Assembly (NCBI RefSeq): GCF_004010195.1 | Contig: NC_057720.1 | Location: forward strand, 8,114,012-8,144,663 | Direction of reading: 5' to 3' | Length of the DNA stretch: 30,652 bases | Source of the DNA: Chiloscyllium plagiosum | Lineage: Eukaryota | Shown here: positions 1-10,242 of the stretch, piece after piece | How positions within the stretch are numbered: the first letter of the stretch is position 1 | Layout: the number at the start of each line of letters is the position of its first letter | Made by a program: the position numbers and the translations under genes | The notes under the pieces: model-generated | Told to the model about the DNA's origin: nothing | Databases searched by the model: none | Seen by the model: the letters and a program-made list of their open reading frames with translations, nothing else

Positions 1-49
1 GTACAGATTCATCAGCCGAGAGGAAGCCGGAAGGTGGGTGTCCTTGCCC

Positions 50-146
50 ATGCTTTACCAGATGCCGTGAGACTTCCTAAGGTCCAGAGCCAAAGTTAAC
101 AACAGCCAGAGCAACTACTTCTTGAGAATATACCATGGTGCTGGAA
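50..146 (-). mobile_element. Degenerate L2-group LINE fragment (APE endonuclease region)
   Basis: gagcaactacttcttgagaatatacc (~110-133) resembles ggcaactccctcccaactgtatacc (7526-7550) in the APE part of the LINE at 6683-8072. Confidence 0.35.
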
Positions 147-152
147 CCTCAA

Positions 153-824
153 ATAGAGTCATAGAGGTGTACAGAACAGAAACAGACCCTTCGATCCAAC
201 TTGTCCATGCTGACCAGATATCCCAACCCAACCTAGTCCCACCTGCCAGTACCTGCAATATCTCTCTAAACCCTTCCTATGCATTTACCCATCCAGATGC
301 CTTTTAAATGTTGGAATTATACCAGCCTCCACCACTTCCTCTGGCAGCTCATTCCATACACACGTACCACCCTCTGCATGAAAAAGTTGCCTCTTAGGTC
401 TCTTTTATATCTTTCCCCTCTCATCCTAAACCTATGCTCTCTAGTTCTGGATTGCCCCACCCCAGGGAAAATACTTTGTCTATTTATCCTATCCATGCCC
501 CTCATGATTTTGTAATCCTCTATAAGGTCACCCCTCAGCCTCCGATGCTCTAGGGAAAACAGCCCCAGCCTATTCAGCCTCTCCCTCTAGCTCAAATCCT
601 CTAACCCTGGCAACATCCTTGTAAATCTTTTCTGAACCCTTTCAAGTTTCACAACAGCTTTCCAATAGGAAGGAGACCAGAGCTGCATGCAATATTCCAA
701 CAGTGGCCTCACCAATGTCCTGTGCAGCAGCAACATGACCTCCAAACTCCTGTACTCAATACTCTGATCAATAAAGGAAAGCATACCAAATGCCTTCTTC
801 ATTATCCTATCTACCTGCGACTCC
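153..824 (-). mobile_element. 5'-truncated CR1 LINE (ORF2 C-terminus + 3' UTR)
   Basis: Minus ORFs 587-826 (LVRPLLEYCMQLWSP...LERVQKRFTRMLPGL) and 317-505 (MRGMDR...RGNFFMQRVV); tcatagag-type tail at ~153-166. Confidence 0.93.
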
Positions 825-919
825 ATGATTCTATGTTAAACAGGACAGACCCAAGGTTAGTGTATGGGACATTGCCTGCAAGTTTTGAGTACAGGAGGAT
901 GACCACATCAAGCTTTTAT

Positions 920-1221
920 ATTCCCTACAGTGTGGAACCAGGCTCTTCGGCCCAACAGGTCCACACCGACTCTCCGAAGAGTAACCCACCCAGAACCATT
1001 CCCCTTGGACTAATGCATCTAACACTATGGGCAATTTAGAATGGTCAATTCACCTGACTTTGGTGGAACTGTGGGAGGAAACCAGAGTACCCAGAGGAAA
1101 CCCACGCAGACACGGGGAGAATGTGCAAACTCCACACAGACAGTCACCCAAGGCTGGCATCGAACCTGGGACCTGGGTGCTGTGAGGCAGCAGTGCTAAC
1201 CACTGAGCCACCGTGCGGCCC
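920..1221 (-). mobile_element. HE1/V-SINE-like tRNA-derived SINE
   Basis: Minus head gggccgcacggTGGCTCAGTGG (A box)...GGTTCGATGCC (B box); V-domain-like tgtgtggagtttgcacattctccccgtgtctgcgtgggtttcctc. Confidence 0.88.
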
Positions 1222-1374
1222 ATGCTCTGCTACACTCTCCATTGAAACAGGATTGATTCCCCAGCTAGATTGTATTGGTAGCACGCACGAATCATTAGTT
1301 CAAAGTTTGTGAGAAGATTTGTAGCTCGGGTGCTCGTTGCTGTGGTTCTGTTCGCCGAGCTGGAAGTTTTTGTT

Positions 1375-1414
1375 GCAAACGTTTCGTCCCCTGTCTAGGT
1401 GACATCCTCAGTGC
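1375..1414 (-). ncRNA. Minimal hammerhead ribozyme motif (PLE-type)
   Basis: Exact reverse complement of the motif at 2144-2183. Confidence 0.75.
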
Positions 1415-2143
1415 TTGGGAGCCTCCTGTGAAGCGCTTCTGTGGTGTTTCCTCCGGCATTTATAGTGGCCTGTCCCTGCCGCTTCCGGTTGTCAGTTTCA
1501 GCTGTCCGCTGTAGTGGCCGGTATATTGGGTCCAGGTCGATGTGTTTGTTGATGGAGTTTGTGGATGAGTGCCATGCTTCTCGGAATTCCCTGGCTGTTC
1601 TTTGTTTGGCTTGCCCTATAATGGTAGTGTTGTCCCAGTCGAATTCATGTTGCTTGTCGTCTGCGTGTGTGGCTACTAGGGATAGCTGGTCGTGTCGTTT
1701 CGTGGCTAGTTGATGTTCGTGGATGCGGATCGTTAGCTGTCTTCCTGTTTGTCCTATTATAGTGTTTTGTGCAGTCCTTGCATGGGATTTAGGACACTAT
1801 ATAGGACAAACAGGAAGACAGCTAACGATCCGCATCCACGAACATCAACTAGCCACGAAACGACACGACCAGCTATCCCTAGTAGCCACAAAAGCAGACG
1901 ACAAGCAACATGAATTCGACTGGGACAACACTACCATTATAGGGCAAGCCAAACAAAGAACAGCCAGGAAATTCCGAGAAACATGGCACTCATCCACAAA
2001 CTCCATCAACAAACACATCGACCTGGACCCAATATACCGGCCACTACAGCGGACAGCTGAAACTGACAACTGGAAGCGGCAGGGACAGGCCACTATAAAT
2101 GCCGGAGGAAACACCACAGAAGCGCTTCACAGGAGGCTCCCAA

Positions 2144-2183
2144 GCACTGAGGATGTCACCTAGACAGGGGACGAAACGTTTGC
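2144..2183 (+). ncRNA. Minimal hammerhead ribozyme motif (PLE-type)
   Basis: GCA-CUGAGGA-U-GUCACCU(agac)AGGGGAC-GAAA-CG-UU-UGC: catalytic core, stem II with one mismatch, ACGU palindromic stem III, 3-bp stem I GCA/UGC. Confidence 0.75.
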
Positions 2184-2377
2184 AACAAAAACTTCCAGCT
2201 CGGCGAACAGAACCACAGCAACGAAACATTAGCTTTTGCTGACTAGTTTGTGGGATAGCTTACATAATTTTGCACAAGGCCTTATATTTTGGTAGGGTGG
2301 ATTCTTCCTGGTGTACAGGACTGTATTTGTCATTTACAATGCCAGGAGGTCTTGTTCCTTTGAGAATTGCTGGGTCA

Positions 2378-2597
2378 TTTAAGGATGGCAGATTTCCTTC
2401 CCTAAAGGCTAGTGAGCCAGATGGGTTTCTACACCCAAGAACTATGGTTAAATGGTTGTTGATAATCTTGCTTCTTATTTCATATTTTTATTGAATTCAA
2501 ATTTCATAACATGTCTGGGGGGATTCACATCCTTGTTCCTAAAACATTAGCTTGGGATCTGGATTGTTCATCCAGAGACAATACCATTGTATAACTA
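2378..2597 (-). mobile_element. tRNA-headed SINE fragment (family of 17193-17527)
   Basis: aaggatggcagatttccttccctaaagg...ccagatgggttt and ttgaattcaaatt match the reverse complement of the 17193-17527 and 7830-8072 copies. Confidence 0.7.
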
Positions 2598-2624
2598 ACT
2601 TCCCACAACCTTTATATTCTGGCA

Positions 2625-3308
2625 TTAACACCATGTTAATTGGAGCATCCATGAGATGCTGTGGACCCGAAACAGCAAGAGAATTGAATTCAACCAAAAT
2701 TTGTCAGTTTGTATAATTCGCGCGTGCTACCATTGCGACCTTGCTGGGGAATCAATCCTGGTTCAATGGAGGGTGTAAAAGAACATGCCAAGAGTAGAGT
2801 GAGGAATATCTAAAAGTGAGATGCCAATTTAGTGAAGCTACAATACAGGTCTACTTGTATACCAAACAATGGAAGCCACGTACACTATATAGGGCAAAGT
2901 CATGTCACAACCATCACATCAGATCGAAGCTCTGCAATCCTGCAACCGTGATGAATGATGATGGACAACTAAGCACTCATTTAGGATAGCAGGTCAACAA
3001 ATATCCCCATCTTTAACACTGGGAAACCCAGTTCAGTGCAAATGATGAGGCTAAAGTATTTGTGGCAATCTACAGTCAGAAGTGCAGAATGGATGATCCA
3101 TCTTGACCTCCTGCTGAATTGCAGATACCAGTCTTCAACTGATTCAATGCACTCCATGTGATATCAAGAAATTGCTGAAGAGCCCAGACACTGCAAAGGC
3201 CTAGGCAAGGCCTGTACACACAAACGAGGACAAATTCAACCTGGGCAATTACTACTCTATCAGCAAAGTAATATAATTGCTGTCAACAGTGCTATCAAGT
3301 GGCACTTA
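2625..3308 (+). mobile_element. Degenerate L2-group LINE ORF2 remnant
   Basis: Collinear with 23200-23720: aaatatccccatctttaa, cagaagtg...gatgatcc, atatcaagaaa...acactgcaaaggc, ggacaaattcaacctg. Confidence 0.65.
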
Positions 3309-3349
3309 TAGAACATAAAACATTGCCTGAATTGGAATATATTATAATA

Positions 3350-3766
3350 GGAGAGATTATTTTCACTGGAGTGTCGAAGGCTGAGGGGCGGCCTAATTGA
3401 AGTAAATAAAATGATGAGAGGAATAGATAGGGTGGATTGTCAGAGTTTTTTTTCCCCAGGGTGGAAATGTCAAATACTAGGGAACATAGGTTTAAGATGA
3501 GAGGGGGAAAGGCTAAAGAGGATGTGTGAGGCAAATGTTTCATACAGAGGTAGGTGTGTGCCTGGAAAGCGCTGCCAGAGGAGGGAGTAGAAGCAGATAC
3601 AATAACAACGTTTAAGGGGCATTGGGTTAGATACTTGAACAGGCAAGGTATAGAGCGATAGAGACAATATTCAGGCAAATGGGATGAATTCAGAATCGCA
3701 TCATAGTCAGCACAAACTTTGTGGGCCGAAGGGCGTGTTCCTGTGCTGTACTGTTTGATGTTCTCT
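3350..3766 (+). mobile_element. CR1 LINE 3' end
   Basis: LFSLE.RRLRG.LIEV.K-type coding remnant, then 3' UTR gggccgaagggcgtgttcctgtgctgtac. Confidence 0.88.
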
Positions 3767-3799
3767 ATTTAAGGATGTATGTTCTAGACAGCATAGTAG

Positions 3800-4058
3800 T
3801 AAGGTGAAAGGGGAAACATTTAGACAGGATCTGAAGGGAAATGTTTTCACACAGATGGTGGTATGTGTATGGAATGAGCTGCCAGAGGAAGTGGTGGAGG
3901 CTGGTACAATTACAGCATTTAAAAGGTATCTGTAAGGGTATATGAATAGGAAGGACCTGGAGGAATGTAGGCCAGATGAGACTAGGTCAGATTGGGATGT
4001 GGATGAGTTAGACGGAAGTGTCTGTTTCCATTCTGCATGAATCTATGACTCTGTAACT
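3800..4058 (+). mobile_element. CR1 LINE 3' end
   Basis: ggaatgagctgccagaggaagtggtggaggctggtacaatt (WNELPEEVVEAGTI) and ctatgactct tail. Confidence 0.88.
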
Positions 4059-4177
4059 AATTTCTCAATAGCACTGTGGGTGTCCCTGCAACCCAAAAAC
4101 AGCAACAGCTGAGGAAAGAAACTTGCCACTGTCTTCTCCATTTTAGCTCGAGAGTTAAAGGAAAGGATGAAAATTAC

Positions 4178-4370
4178 CAAGTGCCTTTTACCATCTCAGG
4201 ATGTCTTGGAAACACTTTGCCTCCAACGACGTATCTTTTTGAAGTGAAATTACTACATCAGCTGTCACCATGACAGCAAGCTCCTACAGACAGTAGGAGG
4301 TCATGACACAATAATGTGTTTTGCTTTTAGGTTAAGGGATAAAGGCTGGAACACCATGAAAATCACCCCG
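4178..4370 (-). mobile_element. Old DeuSINE-like (SacSINE/AmnSINE-type) fragment
   Basis: ctcaggatgtc...cactttg...tttgaagtg...acagcaagctcctaca is the reverse complement of the tail seen at 15400-15550. Confidence 0.5.
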
Positions 4371-4579
4371 GTCAGTATCTAGTTGTGCGTGAGGAGACTC
4401 AGAGGCTTAGCATCCACAGATAAGATCCCAGATGTCAGCCGTGGGAATCAGTCCACTGTTGTCACCGCTCCGCACTCTGAATCAGAAGCTTGTGGGCTGA
4501 CTTTCCCCGACACAGGACTGAGTGTGGAAACTCGGTGTGGTACACAAGGAGGGCTGCTGTCTCAGACACAACACCTTTT

Positions 4580-4809
4580 CATGATTTGGAGATGCTGGTG
4601 TTGGACTAGGGTGGACAAAGTTAAAAATCACACAACACCAGGTTATCGTCCAACAGGTTTAACTGGAAGCGCTAACTTTCGGAGTGCTGCTCCTTCATCA
4701 GGCAGCTGTGGAGTATCAGGTGATGAAGGAGCAGTGCTCCGAAAGCTAGTGCTTCCAAATAAACCTGTTGGACTCTAACCTGGTGATGTGTGATTTTTAA
4801 CTTTGTACA
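4580..4809. mobile_element. Short palindromic non-coding element with two divergent hammerhead motifs (family B)
   Basis: 89-bp inverted arms 4612-4700 and 4721-4809 around a 20-bp spacer; each arm carries (C/G)UGAUGA-A-GGAG..CUCC-GAAAG(C/U)UA. Confidence 0.8.
4668..4707 (-). ncRNA. Minimal hammerhead ribozyme motif, core intact
   Basis: Minus strand reads agcugc-CUGAUGA-a-GGAG(cagca)CUCC-GAAA-GU-UA-gcgcu. Confidence 0.7.
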
Positions 4810-6155
4810 ATGCCATGTGGATAACATGTCTCTAAGCAGGTGTAAAAGATTGTTAACTCACAAAGGAGAAACATTTTTCCCTATTGAGCAATGAAAATGG
4901 ATTGTGCTTTAAAAATCACACAAGAGTGGGATCTTGCTCTGTGTAAATTGACTGCCGTAATTCCTTACATTACAATATTGATTACTCTTCAATGGCTGTA
5001 AAGTGCTTTATAATGCCCTGAGGTGGTGCAAGATGCTGCATATGTATTCTGCTTCTTTGACTAAGCAGTGCCTCAGGGGAGAATGATGCAAACAAAAATA
5101 TGCGTTTTAAGTGTGATATCGAAATTGCTTCTATGATTGAAGAACTGCGGATTTTTCAACAATGCATTTAAGCTACTCAGGGATCTGGAATTAAAGTCAG
5201 ATTTATTTATACAACAGATTGAGACCCAGGTGTGGTTCATTGTCATGTTTTGCCGGAAGGTTACTGACATTCAATTGCCTTGTGAAAAGCATATGGCTTG
5301 AAGCCTTTTACCATGACTCTCCAATTACAGTCATCAACAGCAAGGCCTTATGTGATTGGCACTATCTCAGTTGCAGCCTGAGTTCCATTAGAATCTCATT
5401 TCTACCAGATAGTTCAAGCTATTCTGGAGTGCGCTATTGTCCTTCTTTCACAGAGTAAGCTTCTGTTGATGCAATTATGTTTTTGTCATGATTACTCGGT
5501 TGACAGTTCTGAAGCAATATGAGAACTTTCTTTGAAAACCAGAGAAGTCTGGTGAAAAAACACCTAGGCTCGGGAGCCCAGTATGTGGGTGGTTATCATT
5601 TAAAGAGCTGACTTCTCATTTGTTAAACAGAAGGATGCCTGTAATGATCAGATACAGAGCAGATGAGTAACAGCAAGGACACTAAGATGTAGCTTAAAAT
5701 CATGGCCTAATTACCACAGACCTCACATAACTTCTGGCAGCTCTGAAGAAACAATTTGATTGTAATAGGGAAAAAAAATCACAGTCCACATCCCAATCTC
5801 AGTGAGTACCTGCACAGTAATTCCTTCCCATGTTCAACCTCTCTCATTCCTTTGCAACACTATCATCCAATAAATTAGCTTAAAGGTCTTCACCTTCTCT
5901 TTCAAATATCTCCCTGTCTATGTCACTTTCTAGACTTCCCACTTAATTTTATAAATAGAGTGTGAATGGTATATGCTCACCAGGACCTTCTCAAGGGCAA
6001 TTAGGAATGGGCAATAATCACCTGCACAGTCAGTAACCCCTGAACAAACTTTCCTTCATAATTTTAGAGAAAGGTACAAGAAAATGCAAGGGTTCCAACC
6101 CATTCTGATTGCTTTTGCATCTTGAAGAAGTCCACGACACACAAACTTTAATCAA

Positions 6156-6273
6156 ATTCTGTGGATGCTGCAAATCTGAAACAAAAACAGGGAATGTTGG
6201 AGAAACTCAGCAGGTCTGGCATGGAGGGAGAAACCGAATTAAGGTTTCAAGTTCAGTACGGCTCTTCTTCAGC
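6156..6273 (-). mobile_element. Degenerate hammerhead-bearing short element, one arm (family A, old)
   Basis: ggagaaactcagcaggtctggca shared with 6375-6400 and 28911-28933; minus strand CTGAAGAagagcc...acttGAAAcctta. Confidence 0.6.
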
Positions 6274-6358
6274 ATTGTTATGTATTCATTTCACAAACAA
6301 CGGACATTTCACACGGACATGACCAAGGTAAGAATAACAAGTGAAAAATGAATTGAAA

Positions 6359-6545
6359 GACAAACAGAAAGTGCTGAAGAAACTCAGCAGGTCTGGCAGC
6401 ATCCTTGGAGAGAGAAACAGAGTTAATGTTTCAAATACAACATGATTCTTCTTTGGAAAGCAAGTTGGAATTGAAATGTTAACACTGTTTTTGTTCTTTT
6501 TGTTTTCTTTTCAGTTCTCCAACATACGCAGTAATTTGGTTTTAC
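6359..6545. mobile_element. Degenerate palindromic short element (family A, old)
   Basis: aaacagagttaatgtttcaa / ttgaaatgttaacactgttt inverted pair; gaattgaaa directly repeated at 6350-6358 and 6546-6554. Confidence 0.6.
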
Positions 6546-6682
6546 GAATTGAAAAGGACTGAAACTTGATGAGAATTAGGCTCAATTTTTCTACTGCATG
6601 AAGTCCACTATCAACAGACTCTTTTGCTTGTGGGAACCAGCAATATGAAGGAGCAAGTGCCATCACTGCACATTGGTTCTAG

Positions 6683-8072
6683 TTTTTTTTATTCCTTTGT
6701 GAGATGTGGATGTCTCTGACTGGGTCAGCATTTATTGCCCACCCCCAGTTGCCCTTGAGAAGGTGGTCGGAAGCTGCCTTCTTGAAATGCTGCAGCCCAT
6801 GTGCTGTGGGTTAATCCACAATATCCTCAGGGAGGGAATTCCAGGATTTGTACCCAATGTGAAGGAATGCCAATTTAGGATTTCCAAGTTAGGATAGTGA
6901 GTAGCTTGGAGGAGAACTTGGAAATGGTGGTGTTCCATGCAGCTATTGCCCTAGTCCTTCTAGATGGAAGTGGTCGTGGGTTTGGAAGGTACTGTCTGTG
7001 GATCTGTGGTGAATTTCTGCAGTGCAGCTTGTAGATAGTACACACTGCCGCTACTGAGCATCGGTGGTGGAGGGGAACGGAGTTTTGTGGATGTGGTGCC
7101 TATCAAGCAGGCTGCTTTGTCCTGGGTGATGTCAAGCTCCTTGAGTGCTGTTGGAGCTGCATTTATTCAGGCAACTCCATCTCATGAGCAGATCCTAGCC
7201 TCTGACTTGCTCTTGTAGCCACCGCGCTTATGTGCAAGTCCAGTTGAGTTTCTCATCAATGGTAACGCCAAGGATGTCAATAGTGGAGGATTCAGAGATG
7301 GTAACACCATTGAATGTCAAGGGGAAGTTTTTAGATTGTCTCTTACCGGGATGGACATTATCTGGCATTTGTGTGATGCGAATGTTACTTGTCAGCCCAA
7401 GCCTGGATATGATCCAGCCTTGTTGCACTTGAACATGGACTGCTTCAGTATATGAGGAGTCGCACATGGTGCTGAATGTTATGCAATCATCAGTGAACAT
7501 CCCCACTTCTAACCTTATGATGGAAGGCAACTCCCTCCCAACTGTATACCTCTGTCCTGTCGATGGACATATCCAGGGATGGTGATGGTGATGTCTGGGA
7601 CATTCTGAGAGTGTGGCAATGTCAAGCTGTTTCTTAACTAGTTGGTAAGACAGCTTTCCCAATTTTCAGCACTAGCCCCCAGATGTTAGTGAGGAGAACT
7701 TTGCTGGGTCAACAGGGCTTTTTCTGCCATTGTCTTTTCTGGTACCTAGTTCAATGTCAGGTGGTCTGCCCCGTTTCATTTCTTTGTTGAGACTTTGTAA
7801 TTAATGATACAATTGAGAGGCTCACTCAGCCATTTCACAGGGCAGTTAAGAGTCAACATTGCTGTGGGTCTGAAGTCACACGCAGGCCAGACCAAGTGAA
7901 AATGGTAGATTTCTTTCCCTAAAGGACAATACACCAGATGGACTTTTCCAGCAATTGATAATGGTTCCATGGTCATCATTAGATTCTTAATTCCAGATTT
8001 TATTTATTATTGAATTCAAATTCCACCATCCGCTGCAGTGAGATTTAAATCAAGGTCCCAGAACATCACCTG
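6683..8072 (-). mobile_element. Internally deleted L2-group LINE with a tRNA-SINE-like 5' head
   Basis: Minus order: SINE-like head/core (8072-7830), APE start (KLSYQLVKKQLDIATLSE), jump at ~7527 to RT (LPSIIRLEVGMFTDDC...ILGVTIDEKLNW), then tail gggcaataaatgctg...ggaataaaaaaa at 6740-6683. Confidence 0.85.
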
Positions 8073-8077
8073 ACAAT

Positions 8078-9239
8078 CCAGTCGAACTTGTGTTGCTTGT
8101 CGTCTGCGTGTGTGGCTAGTTGGTGTTCATGGATGCGGATCGTTAGCTGTCTTCCCGTTTGTCCTATGTAGTGTTTTGTGCAGCCCTTGCATGGGACTTT
8201 GTACACTACATTGGTTTTGCTCATGCTGGGTATCGGGTCCTTCGTTCTGGTGAGTTGTTGTCTGAAAGTGGCTGTTGGTTTGTGTGCTGTTATGAGTCTT
8301 AGTGGTCGCAGTAGTCTGGCTGTCAGTTTGGAAATGCTCTTGATATATGGTAGTGTGGCTAGTCCTTTGGGTTGCGGAATGTTCTCGTTCCGTTGTCTTT
8401 CCCTTTGTAATCTTTGTAATCATTAAAAACACAGAAATAGAGAACACACACTGGATCATCAACGCTACACTCACAGGAATCTGATTCACTGGAGAGGAAG
8501 AAAAGGATAACCAACTCCCATCCCTAGACGTGATGGTACAGAGAACACCTAATGGAGAATTCACCACAAAGGTACACAGGAAAGCCACACACACAGACCA
8601 AGTCCCATGCCGCAACCCAAAGGACTAGCCACACTACCATACATCAAGAGCATTTCCAAACTGACAGCCAGACTACTACGACCACTAGGACTCATAACAG
8701 CACACAAACCTACAGCCACTCTCAGACAACAACTCACCAAAACGAAGGACCTGATACCCAGCATGAGCAAAACCAATGTAGTGTACAAAATCCCATGCAA
8801 GGACTGCACAAAACACTACATAGGACAAACAGGAAGACAGCTAATGATCCGCATCCATAAACACCAACTAGCCACGAAACGACACGATCAGCTATCCTTA
8901 GTAGCCACACATGCAGATGACAAGCAACATGAGTTCGACTGGGACAACACTACTATTATAGGACAAGCCAAACAGAGAACAGCCAGGGAATTCCTAGAGG
9001 CATGGCACTCATCCATAGATTCAATCAATAAGCACATTGACCTGGACCCAATATACCTCCCACTGCAACAGACAGCTGGAACTGACAACCGGAAGCGACA
9101 GGGACAAACCACTATAAATGCCGGAGGAAACATCACAGACGTGCTTCACAGGAGGCTCCAAAGCACTGAGGATGTCACCTGGACAGGGGCGAAACGTCTA
9201 CAACACAAATTCCCAGCTCGGCGAACAAAACCACAACAA
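8078..9239. mobile_element. Rearranged Penelope-like element: inverted fragment (8078-8403, -) plus RT/GIY-YIG 3' part (8413-9239, +)
   Basis: 8413-8605 encodes FVIIKNTEIE...FTGEEEKDNQLPSLDVMV...TKVHRKATHTDQV (PLE RT C-terminal motifs, one stop); 8078-8390 is the reverse complement of 8607-8943. Confidence 0.92.
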
Positions 9240-9242
9240 TAA
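8607..9242 (+). pseudogene. PLE GIY-YIG endonuclease domain (truncated ORF)
   Basis: LPYIKSIS...NVVYKIPCKDCTKHYIGQTGRQL..RIHKH...FLEAWHS..SINKH; upstream RT is deleted and has a stop. Confidence 0.88.
9163..9201 (+). ncRNA. Minimal hammerhead motif with GUC site, stems partly mutated
   Basis: GCA-CUGAGGA-U-GUCACCU(ggac)AGGGGC-GAAA-CG-UC-UAC; 1-nt loss in stem II and mismatch in stem I versus 2144-2183. Confidence 0.65.
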
Positions 9243-9501
9243 AAGTGAATTTTACGAACAGCGTAGACTCTTACAGTTTGCTGCTCCCAACCAAGGATAC
9301 AGCCTACTCTGAGATTCACAACAGTGATAACAGAATGAAAAGCTTGGGGTTGTTCCTGAATGATTAGAACAATGTAGAATTAGACCAACAAAATCTGCAG
9401 GACATGTAAGCAGAGAACTTACATAGCGATTATCTGTATACGTTCTACAGAGGGCCCCATCAAAATGTTGACCACAGGATGAAACTGTTCATGAGCTTGT
9501 G

Positions 9502-9995
9502 TCATAGAGTCATAGAGTCATAGAGTCATAGAGACGTACAGCACATAAACAGACCCTGTGGTCCAACTCGTCTATGCTGACCAGATATCGTAACCTAATC
9601 TAGTCCCATTTGCCAGCACTTGGCCTGTATCCCTCTAAACCCTTCCTATTCATGTAACCATCCAGATGCCTTTTAAATGCTGTAATTGTAACAGCCTCCA
9701 CCACTTCCTCTGGCAGCTCATTCCATACACACACCATCCTTTGTGTGTAAACGTTGCCCCTTAGGTCCCTTTTAAATGTTTCCTTTCTCATTTTAAACCC
9801 AAACCCTTGAGTTCTGGATTCCCCCACTCCAAGGAAAAACCTTGTCTATTTACCCTATCCATGCCTCTCATGATCTTATAAATGTCTATAAGGTCACCCC
9901 TCAGCCTCTGATGCTCCAGGAAAACAGCGCTAGCCTATTCAGCCTCTCCCTGGAGCTCAAATCCTCCAACCCTGGCAACATCCTTGTAAATCTTT
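9502..9995 (-). mobile_element. CR1 LINE 3' end with (ctctatga)4 tail
   Basis: tcatagag x4 at 9502-9533; ORF 9600-9827 RGNVYTQRMVCVWNELPEEVVEA.TITAFKRHLD. Confidence 0.93.
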
Positions 9996-10242
9996 ATTGA
10001 ATCCTTGTGTGTCTGATGCATTCTTGTGAATTTGGGGTTCAACTTTGTTTGATCTTCTGAAGCTGCTGGAGTCCACCATAGCTTCTGCAATAACAATTGA
10101 TTTACAGTTTGATCAGTGCACACATTCTTGTTGAACTGGTATTCAATTCCAAATCAATTTTGATTAATTGTGTGACCCTGACGTTATCATTACATCATTG
10201 AATAGCATCATTATGCATTCCTCTGAGGTTAATCCCATTGAA

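Larger units (their letters stand above)
1299..2226. mobile_element. Penelope-like element 3' end, duplicated as a long inverted repeat
   Basis: Arms 1334-1765 and 1794-2224 are reverse complements; GIY-YIG tail HYIGQTGRQLTIRIHEH...FDWDNTTII in ORF 1723-2163; cattag at 1293-1298 and 2227-2232 is a candidate TSD. Confidence 0.92.
4460..5060 (+). mobile_element. Old DeuSINE-like element interrupted by the 4580-4809 insertion
   Basis: Head-like ctctgaatcagaagcttgtggg (~4475-4500); tail gtgggatcttgct...ggctgtaaagtgcttt...cctgaggtggtg (4926-5035). Confidence 0.5.

Noticed and set aside
1150..1221. tRNA gene (A and B boxes)
   Set aside because: It is the head of a SINE, continuous with the SINE core and tail; the same applies to 17193-17285.
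7228..7662. 144-aa ORF with a His run as a novel protein
   Set aside because: Frameshifted mosaic of LINE APE and RT pieces; the His run is an off-frame reading of accatcaccatc.
8073..9240. acaat as TSD of the second Penelope insertion
   Set aside because: The right-hand copy overlaps the element's own acaacaa terminus, and 5 AT-rich bases are not significant.
8607..9242. 211-aa ORF as a domesticated GIY-YIG nuclease gene
   Set aside because: It is the 3' end of a rearranged PLE; the ATG sits at a deletion junction, near-identical sequence occurs at 1794-2224, and no promoter or exon context is visible.
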